A DNA stretch of 64,000 nucleotides, taken from the NCBI GenBank assembly GCA_965203295.1, contig CBDBCZ010000017.1, positions 2,304,001 to 2,368,000 of the forward strand, read 5' to 3'. Within the stretch, counting starts at the first letter, position 1, and every line of letters begins with the position of its first letter. Made by a program: the position numbers and the translations under genes. A model generated the notes under the pieces. It searched no databases, was not told the DNA's origin, and saw nothing but the letters and a program-made list of their open reading frames with translations. Below are positions 23,271 to 32,764 of this stretch, in pieces. The DNA comes from Nitrospirales bacterium (GTDB lineage Bacteria > Nitrospirota > Nitrospiria > Nitrospirales > UBA8639).

Positions 23271-26200
23271 AAAATGACTTCCAAAATGGGAAGAAAAACC
23301 TCTTCCATATTTGGATGAAATTTGTTCTTTCAGTCTCTATAGAGGAAAAATCAGTCGAAAATCATCCAAATTTGGATGATTATTGTTTGTTCACAATAAT
23401 CTTCCAGATTTGGATGATTTGTAGGTGCCACAAAGCTTCCATTTTTGGAACGCGACCATACCTGGATAATGCATTGCCAGCTTTCTTGATGGCAACTGGT
23501 TTTGGCTTAGACCCGCTGGAGTTTGCTGCAGTAGAAGGGCCGGAGACTGACGGACTGGTAGGAGTCTGGGGGGGTTGACACATTTGGGGCGATTGGGCGG
23601 GTTGATAGGGCTGAGGTGATTGATAGACATATGACTGCTGTTGATACGGTTGGGGGACTTGATAAGGATACGGCGGCTGTTGTGACCAATTTGGCTGAGG
23701 TACGTGGCTAGATGTCCAAGATTGCTCAAGTGCCGCAAGTCTAGCTAGAATTGTCTGCTGAATATCGTCAATCGCTTGCTGTTTTGCTTCCATGGTTAGG
23801 ACTTTGGTCTCCAATTCACGAACAGCTATCTCAAAAAGCAGGGGATCTGGGGGGGATGTAAGAAGCACCTCTTTGCTAACATGTTTCTATTTAGTGCTCA
23901 CCCCCCTACACGTACAGGGTCTGCTTGCTATGAATAACTCACCTGATTCTGATAGGTCGCTGGTGCTGCTAGAATTGCTGATGTCCATTGAAGAACTAAA
24001 CGAGTCATCGGTCTCGACAGCAGCAGCAGTAGCACTATCAGTCTCGACAGGAGTGATCGTGGCAAACTTAGAGGGGGTTCCTGTCAGGTCAATAAACATA
24101 TTCTTGAATATTTTCTATTTAGTGCTCACTTATCCCCCCCCCCCCCCCCAAACTACACCATACATGCAAAAGGGTCTATTGCACATGATTGCCTACTCAT
24201 GGGCTTCCGTTCCTGAATCCTAGTGGGTATGAAAAAGTTTACTCACCTAATTCTGAAAGGTCACTGGTGCTGTTGGAACTGCTGATATACATTGAGACAT
24301 CTGATGAACCATCACCGTCAATAGTAGTCTGGATGGACAGTAGGACCCTTCGCAGTAGCATCCTTGGTAGCAGTGGTCTCAGCAGCAGTGGTCTCAGCAG
24401 CAGTGGTCTTCGATGGTGTTTCGGTCAGGTCAATAGTTGAATGTTTGACAACACGAATAATTGATCCCTCATCTAATAAAACATTAGGAGATGATGCAAT
24501 CATTAGGTACCTTGAGTGTTAGTGAAAGTCTCCTGCCCTACTCATGTATAAATAATTGACATACATGTACCTTTAGGTGCTTTTGCAGGTTTTTTTGCAG
24601 CTGAAGTCTTTCCTTTTTTTGCAGCTGTCTTCTTCGCCGCTGGCTGCTTCTTTTGTGGTTTCTTGCAGTTTTCTTTCCCTTCTGCACCATTTTGATCTAT
24701 TATAAACACAACATACATGCAATAACACACTAGATCTAATAAGTACATGTGCAGGCCCAGACCTGATTTAATTATGGTACAATCAATCAATCAAATTTTA
24801 TTAATGTGTCACCAGTATACACAAACAAGAACTGCTACAGGCAGCAGTAATGAAGTACTAGTAGTAGCCTGTACAATTATACCTCTCTTTTTCTTCTTGG
24901 CTGGTGGCTTCACTGGGGTGTTTTGTTTCAGCTCCACCAGAGGGTTGGCTCCCTGTTGAAATGGTGTGTATTCTCCATCAATGAAATCATCCGAGAGTTT
25001 CTCCATCTCATCTTTTGATCCTGTAATGAAAGGAAAGTTTTACGTGCAGTATATTGTGCATACATGAGGTAGGTAGTGTATGCTGAGGAGCCCAGCAGAA
25101 CTGGCAGTGTATTCAAAAAAAGGCATTTACCAATTGCAGCAACACGTCCATCGTAAACTGTCCGCATGTACTTGACTTTACAGTAGTCTCCAACAGTCAG
25201 TGTCCTGCTTTCAGGTTCCAGAGTGCTGTTACTAGGTACAGCGGTCACAGAGTCTTCTCCCGACCAGTAAATCAGGAAAAAGTTCCCTGTGAAAGAGATA
25301 TGGGTTTTGTTAAACTGGTCTGCACACTATAGCAGCTTAATATCTGCCCTCAACTGTATATTAAAACGCTCTCTAGTCCTATCCTCGTTCCCAGGCGCCA
25401 GTTTTAATACAGCTACATGCTATTCTGTGCTTGGAACGCCTACTCTGCATCATCAAATACATCTTAGAGCTAGCTAGTTAACTACAGATGGCTTATTGAC
25501 TGTTTATCAGGATTGAAAACACGTACACACAAAACGTACAAGTTCCCACTGTTGAAAATACTCACCGTTTGGCTTCTGACGTTTCAAGACAGTTCTTAGA
25601 GTCATCCTCGATGGCTGGCAGTAGTTGACTGTAAAAACGTTCGATGGCTGGCAGTAGTTGACTGTAAAAACGCTCGATGGCTGGCGGTAGTCGACTGTAA
25701 AAACGTTCACACTACACGTGTAAAACGGAAGTGCGATTCGTAATTACGGTACGGTACGGTAATCGCGCTACCGTCGGCAGATTGTGTACCGCGGGTATTT
25801 CAGGAAACGATCGAACGTACTACGATCGTACTACAGAAACGGAACGGCAACTTTTTTTTGTCCACTACTGTATATATATATATATGTAGCTAGAATGAAT
25901 AAGTAAAGGCGTAGGTAGAATGAATAACTAAAGGTGTGAGCAAATAAGCATATAGCCAAGGGCTTACTTGACAATCTCGTGTCCATCTCCACCATCACCA
26001 GAGCTTTCAGAATCACTGCAGTCTGTAGTATGATAGAGAGGGAAAAAAGAGAATCCCTTCTTATCATAAAATGTATGCACACCACATCACTAACAGGCCC
26101 ACCCTAAAATGCCATTGTGTAAGTGCACTGCCAACCTAGGGCTGCCAGATTATGGACAGTTACATCACTAGGCTGGTGCTGGCCCTCCTAGAAGCCATTG

Positions 26201-27176
26201 GGCAAGTGCACCACCAAACCTAGGGCAGCCAGATTATACAGAGTTACATCACTAGCCTGGTGCCAGGCCATGGCCCACCCTAGAAGCCACTGTGCAACAA
26301 CTATGTGCTGCCATATTACCCACAGTTACATCATAATGTGGACATAAACGGTAGCAGTATGAGCATAATTGACCTTTCACACATGGAGTAGCACTGTCAG
26401 CAGCAGTATTGGCACTGGTAGTCCAGCAAAACCCATTTAACAGTGACAGTCAGATAGTGGTAGTGCAGCCCCACTAGTAGCTAACATCAAATATTTACAT
26501 TTCATTAAGCATCTAACCTCTGGCATTATGTTCTATAAACATTTTTACATGACATTTTTGTGAGCATAATAGGGATCATCAAGAGCATAATTGGACATCT
26601 CTGGAGCATTATGGGATGGCATAATGGGCAGATTTTTTAGCATAATAGCCTCATCCCTAAGGCTGGGTAAGGCCCGCCCTAGAAGCCACAGTGGCACTGT
26701 GGCAGACAAACTTGCACTTTCACCTTTCTCACACCAATGAACTCAAGCTTGAGAGCTCCCTCTCCTTAGTGGCAAGTATACCACAATACCATACAAAGCA
26801 GCTAACTATTTAGAAGTGACACCATCCAGAAGTTTCTTCATGCTATATAGCGTTCATCTTACCCACAAGTTCCCCACAAATTTTAATTAGGCCCTATACC
26901 AAAAGTACAAAATTACTGAAAATTCTTGACAAGGACCACTTTTGCACTCATTGCATGTGCAACAATAGAGCAGCTGAAGGCCACAAAAACTACATAGAAT
27001 TAAAGTAAAAAATAGTTCCAATGGTGGAAGACTGCACACATAAACAAAATCTTGCCCCTGGGCCTTCTTTACCCCGCTTGAAACATTTGCGGTAGATCTC
27101 TCCAAATCCAAGATAGATATCATGCTGCTTAAGCCTTGGCTGTATCAGTGGTTCTATAACGACAATGGAGAGTAAT

Positions 27177-27905
27177 GGCCTGTCACGGAAAAATTGGTCT
27201 GGGGGACCAAGCAGTCCGGGTGGACTTATTTTCCAGAAAATTTTGGTACCCTCCTGAAAACAATGGTGCAACCTGCGCCACAAGCGAATTCCGCCCGCTA
27301 CTGTCTTTAATACGCACTTGATAGTAAGAGTGGACGACTACTGTTACACTAAGGTGGATGGCTACATGTTCGAGTGTATTGCATTGGCTTGTTTCTTGTC
27401 ACAGCCTACGCCTACCGTCAATAGCCTCATCATACCGTGCGCGTGAGTGTATACATGAAGCTAGATCTGTACATTGTATAGCTCCCAGGCCAGTACCACT
27501 TCGACCAAGAAAAAATGCGTCGCCATTTGTGGAACTGCTTCGAGAGAGGGAAAATGTCAATGAACTCGTACAGCACAGAATCGACTTTACAGTCAGTTGA
27601 CAAAGTCCCAGTGTAGCTACTGCATCAGTTTGTAGGATATCGATGACTGTTTCATACCTTTGTATTAAGCGACCTAATGGCTAACTAATTTAAACGGTTG
27701 ATGATAACTATGCCATACATGTAAGCTTACATATATGAAGGGAGGCAAATTTTCAAGGTAAAACCAACTCTGCTGGAAACGTGATGAGGGGAACAAAATT
27801 TTCAGGGTAGGACCAATTTTGCTGGAAAAAATGGTCCGGGAGACCAAAAAATTTTTTGGCCCTAGGACCACTTTTTTTCTAGGACTAAAATTCCAGTGAC
27901 AGGCC
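27177..27905. mobile_element. MITE-like element with GGCCTGTCAC termini
   Basis: GGCCTGTCACGGAA...TTCCAGTGACAGGCC with GGTCC/GGACC subterminal motifs; no TSD seen. Confidence 0.6.
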
Positions 27906-28756
27906 GCAATTCCAGACTGCAAGTCTTTATTCTTGATGTCTGGATATGTAGGCTCCTTTGAAGCTAAGGTTAACAGTGAATCAGACCTACGAGTAGCTCC
28001 AGAAAGTGGGATGTACTGTATTGCACTCACTACACTTTCGATCATCACAAGATAATGTGGGCGCAGTTCGGACTTGCATGGTAAATACCCCCCCCCTTTT
28101 GAGCCTATGACACTAGCGCAGGTAAGCCTTTCTTATCAGCGAAATGGCAATTGCAGCAGCACAATACTTCCAAAAAAACAGCATGCAGCTGTACTCACCT
28201 GCAGGGCTATGTAGTATGTCAAGAGTCCGAGTCGACGGATTCCACATCGGATTCCACAACATGCCTGCATCCAAGTGCAAAATAAATTTACTGCAGCACT
28301 ATGCTAATAAAACTACTGCAGCATGCGGTGAATGAAGACACAACCGACAATGTACCTGTACTTGTCTCCCAGTATCCTGCCGTGCTGGCTTTTGAAGGCG
28401 TTTCGTCATCGCTTATCACGATAGGACTACGCATACTAGAACCGGCCATATCTCCGGGCCACTCTGTCTGCTCTCGACTCACGTCCGCCGCGGACGTCCC
28501 CAGTTTCCAGCCGCACAAATCATAGCCGCTAGTTAGAGACCTACAGTACGCACAATGCAGGAAAAAAACACAAAACAAAAGAAACACTGTACTAATTTCG
28601 CACTCCACCATCACATAAAAGTTCACGTTGCAAACTTTGTGATCATGCCCTCTCGTGACAAGCATCCGGCCGTGACACCGCCTATTCCTGGACCAGTATT
28701 CCATTCCAGTAATCCATTCCAGTAGTCCAGTCCAGTCCAGTCCAGTCCAGTCCAGT

Positions 28757-29159
28757 TAGGCTTGGGCGGATTATGCCGGCATAATTTTGGGAATAATAGG
28801 CACGAAGAAGCATCGAGAATAATGCGGGAATAATAGGGAAGTTTTCGGGAATAATGCGTGTCTTGAACGGAAATATTCGGAATAGATCTCGCCCACCACA
28901 AACTCTGCATGCGTTTATGGCGTCTAGCAGTGGTTCTGATGGGAGAATGGCTGGTCTACAGCATGCAAATTAGTTTTATTCTGACGTGCTTCAATAGTAA
29001 TAAATTGCGTCACAAGCTAGTCGCTGACATGCTTTTTTTCGATTTTAGTGGGAATAATGCGAGAATAATAGGCAGTCACTCGGGAATAATAGGGCAGTTT
29101 TGTGAGAATCGGGGAATAGAATTATAGGTAACTTTTTGAGCATAATCCGCCCAACCCTA
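28757..29159. mobile_element. hAT-type MITE inserted in the right MULE TIR
   Basis: TIRs TAGGCTTGGGCGGATTATGC / GCATAATCCGCCCAACCCTA; 8-bp TSD AGTCCAGT; GGAATAAT subterminal repeats. Confidence 0.88.
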
Positions 29160-29772
29160 AGTCCAGTCCACCGAATTCAGACTCCCACCCCCACCTACGA
29201 TTTTCTGCTCGTCTTGAGCAGAATTACTATATTCATGCGCCACTGAGTGGGGTTGCTGGTGCTGTTTTGGTTGCATAATCACTGGACTTCTCTGTCACGG
29301 CACATCTCATCTTGTCACTGAGGGCAGAATTTTTCCAGCACTGTCTCTGGCATTCGACATCGGCAATGGGCGCACTCCCACTTTTCAGACATCGTAACTG
29401 TGGTTGAAAGGTAGATATAAGCGCAGTCTGGTGTAGCTAGCCCTTCGCGAGCTACATGCTGTTTCGAGTTCTCGCAGCAGCGCTCTCAGCGCTACACGCT
29501 ACGCTGTTTATATACCGCATTTCCGCGATCAGACGCCGCGGCTACTGTAGTTAATCCCAGCCCCGCCCACTAAGCGTAGACTCTGGCGCCGGCGCGTAAT
29601 ACATGTACAACTCTGATCCTGTTATCAGGATCTCAGCTAGAGTTGCCTAAACTACAGATCGCCTGCATAAAGGTTAGTAAAGTAATTGCTCAGGTTCTCT
29701 TTTTAGCCAAGTTGTTAAGATCAGCAAAGGCAAAAATGTAACTTTAGTTTTATGCAAGGGACTATGCTTGTA

Positions 29773-30644
29773 CAGTGGAACCTCCCATAACGGACCCTCC
29801 CACCAGCGGACAACCTCCCTATAAAGGACACTGGCCGTGGCACCGATTGAAATTACTATAGTGCTAATGTATAAGAAACCTCCCACGAGCGGACGCTTCT
29901 TGATTCCGGACAGCGGACAAACTGCGTGCTCCCGACTGCAAAAGTCCGTTGAAAACTGCCTCTTATAACGGACGAATTGGAAGCCACACCCATCGTTCGT
30001 GCATAAACGCGCATAAAGACCGGAAGTTACTCTCGTATTCGTAGTCTAGATGGCAGATTCACTCAATTTATCCCGCCTGAAAACTGACTCACAGCGATAG
30101 TCGAGATCCTGAACGCGTAAGTTCCCAGCAGCTCTTGTTTCTGAGATCGCTGTATAACGTGCCAATCCACATGATCCAGTCGCCCACGCAAGTTGGGCAA
30201 AAACGGGCATAAACGGAACGTTACACGGATATACAGCTGGAGCACGTGATCTTTGACGACACATGAAAACTCTATTTCGAGTCCATACCCATAAGCGGTT
30301 AGCAAGTGTAGAGATGCTTACACAGTTCAAACCATTCTGGACAGTTATTTTGGCATTGTGGCACCCTATTTGTTATACCACTCAATGTTAACGTCCGATA
30401 ACTCTTTCGACAACATACATGTAGCTTAAATTATTATACAGTCATGTAGCTAGCTATAGCTATGCCTGGTAGATACTTACAGTAGATGACATGGTTTATG
30501 CTTGAATACATGTCTGGTAGGCATTTGAGTGCTTAAATGTGGCTAGAAATAGCAAATTGAGTCGAACCTCCCACCAGAGGACAACCTCCGAATAAAGGAC
30601 AAAAGCCTTGCTCCCAAAGTGTCCTTTATTCGGAGGTTCCACTG
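29773..30644. mobile_element. Tc1/pogo(Tigger)-type MITE
   Basis: TA-CAGTGGAACCTCC ... GGAGGTTCCACTG-TA. Confidence 0.85.
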
Positions 30645-30777
30645 TATATGTTCCGCGGGTCCCTAACTACGTACAGAAAACTGCGCAATCCCGGGATTGC
30701 GCGCCAAAGTACGGATTCCTATTTTGCGCAGCGCAATCCTAGGATTGCGCAAATTCCTGGTTAGCGCGGAACATATA
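30645..30777. mobile_element. Small MITE with internal palindromes
   Basis: TATATGTTCCGCG...CGCGGAACATATA; internal GCGCAATCCCGGGATTGCGC and GCGCAATCCTAGGATTGCGC. Confidence 0.7.
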
Positions 30778-32189
30778 TATTAAACGAATTGGTGCAGTGA
30801 ATGCAGCTCTTCACCTAACAGTCAATAATTCATATTGCTTTCATGAACCAGTCCCTATGACGGTGTAGCTCACTACATACCCATGTGGTATTCTAACTGT
30901 GCCAGCACTCTGCTTCTATTTTAATACAGTAGCTACCCCAAAATCAGAACTCGGCAGCGAGTGGTAGATATATTGAAACTAACCCACAAGTACTAAAAAA
31001 GAATACCCCTTTCCCTCTCTTTCTTAATTGCGCTCTTCCAATCTGCTCATTTTAAACCTACTTTCCACTTCCGTGTATCACATTCCGCACTCATATTGAA
31101 ATATAAATGGCAAAATTAGGAGAGTGAATAAAAAGTAAGACTGAAATTTAAGTATAAGGAAAGAGATTATCGTGTACCATGATAATATATTGACTGAAAT
31201 TCCTCTTTTGACTCCCTAGCCTTAGCAATAATGTTAGCAAGTAGTTGCTTGGGGTCCCTAACTACGTACAGCAAAGAAAGTAGATGAATGAGGTATTGCC
31301 TAGCGTAATAATCTCCTTGAACTTCGGTTGTAGCTACTGGAAGAATCATTTCAGAATAGTTGCACTCACCCATTCAAACTGATTCAGAAGTTGAACTTGA
31401 TTGAGCAACTGTACATCTACAGAAATTTCTGCAAGTAGCTAGCTACAACAGTATTTAAACTGGGTTTGAGAGGGATCCATCTTGAAAGGATCCTAGCTGT
31501 GTCTGTGTGATACCTATAAAGCACAACTTGAGTCAGTTTAATGGGGATTGATGAACTGTCCTGAACTCAAGCAAATCATCTTACTAAAGACATGATTTCT
31601 CAGGTAGGAGGATTACTAACCATTCAGCAAGTATTTCAGTAAGTGTATAAGACTGCATAGGATACTATGCACTTCTTGATTTCCTTACTAAGCGGAGATT
31701 GCAAACCATGTCACTTTGATACCTGCAGCTGTCTTCCTCATACAATTGTACTATGAACCTGATTCCAGCATTAGCTAGCAGTCACTGGTATATTGATTGA
31801 AGGGCTTCCAAAGATCTAGGTTCTATGAGCATCTCTAAAGAAAAATTATTTTGCAAGCATAGACAGTAGAGTATCAGATTATTATTCTGTGTTGTAATTA
31901 ACCCAAACGATAAGCCAGGTAGCAATTTCATATTGATTGGAATTCTCTTTCTACAACCACGAATTCGATGTCTCAAAACTTTCATCTTCAAAGGAATGCT
32001 GACGTTTCAACTGCTGTGCTGCTGTCTCCATCAGGGCAGTCATCAATACGGTAGCTACAGGCCAAACAAAAGCATGACTGTGAAAAAAAACTGTGAGGGA
32101 AAGCCTGGGTACCAAGCTAGGGAAGCCCTAATAGTTTAAGTCTAGAGGGGGGGGGGGGGGGGGGGGGTTAATTAGTAACAAAGTAAACA

Positions 32190-32700
32190 CTAGAGGTCTC
32201 TAGCAGAGACATACCCCGCGCTCCTGGACCCTGCAGACTGTAGCGCCGTATGCGAGCTGTAGGCGTGGTTGATCGCCGTAGTAATGATACATGCGTTTCT
32301 CTACGTATACTCCAGTATGCTTTCTATCTGAATATCTCTTCTAAGCTCCATGTTGAATAAAAGACTCGTATACCATACTCGAGGGCTCGCGTATGTCCGT
32401 ATTCAAGCTGTAGGCGTGACCAACTTGCCGTATTAAAAAATGGTTGAACACACCGATAATCAGAAACAGCGTGGAAATGCCGATAATAAAACCGCTTTCT
32501 ACTATATCAGGTACAGACAGGCTAATGTATCACGGATTTCAGCGTTTGTCTTTTGTTTAGAAGTCGTTATAGCCTCTAAATCGCCCGTTTGAGAGATTTT
32601 TCAAATTTTTTTTATGACAGACAACGACAACGACGACGACGACAACAGACGGACAAAACCGATTACTTAACCCCGCTTGCGCATACGCGCGCGGGGTAAT
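32190..32700 (-). mobile_element. DINE-1/HINE-like (Helentron-associated) element
   Basis: Minus strand: ATTACCCCGCGCG...GCGGGGTTAA hairpin, GTC-type microsatellite, 3' subTIR GCGCGGGGTAT, stem-loop CTAGAGACCTCTAG. Confidence 0.7.
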
Positions 32701-32764
32701 AAATCAGCTTCATTGCCACTGTTTAATTACCAGGCGGCGCGTAGGCGGCGGCGGGGTTAAGCAA

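Larger units (their letters stand above)
18023..23464 (-). mobile_element. KDZ (Kyakuja-Dileera-Zisupton)-type DNA transposon, 5442 bp, long TIRs
   Basis: Perfect 8-bp TSD GATAATGC (18015-18022, 23465-23472); ~200-bp near-perfect inverted termini continuing into inverted 60-bp arrays; KDZ-type transposase inside. Confidence 0.9.
17696..25605 (-). pseudogene. Second BEN-domain-like gene (multi-exon), interrupted by KDZ element
   Basis: Phase-1 exons 25605-25566, 25286-25131, 25020-24883, 24696-24571, 24472-~24247 (frameshift), ~24115-23943, terminal exon from ~23875; removing 18023-23472 restores ...KKAGNALSSSAINKEKLKPASRVIQEHPKLRG...; C-terminal 86 aa are 53/86 identical, ungapped, to the first BEN gene (hand count). 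Confidence 0.8.
16454..25870 (+). mobile_element. Tc1-like DNA transposon (9.4 kb; ~4.0 kb without nested KDZ element) carrying transposase plus convergent BEN-like gene
   Basis: ~50-bp TIRs CAGTAGTGGACAAAAAAAAGTTGCCGTTCCGTTT..GTAGTACGATCGTA at both ends, each flanked by TA. Confidence 0.93.
6490..29186 (-). mobile_element. Large Mutator/MULE DNA transposon with nested insertions (~22.7 kb)
   Basis: Left end GAGAGTCTGAATTCAGTAGAC(TGGAC)8TACTGGAATGGAATACTGGAATGGAAT; right end reverse complement GGGAGTCTGAATTCGGTGGAC(TGGAC)nTACTGGAATGGATTACTGGAATGGAAT (split by a MITE); flanks ACCCCCCAC / ACCCCCAC (TSD differing by one C); MULE transposase inside. Confidence 0.8.

Noticed and set aside
22790..23277. 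MEDYINLNKVPKLDEKILPI repeat ORFs (also 18339-18533)
   Set aside because: Translations of the TIR minisatellite; units of variable length break the frame.
32146..32167. Poly-G run as functional G-quadruplex
   Set aside because: Homopolymer next to repeat debris; length unreliable and no supporting context.
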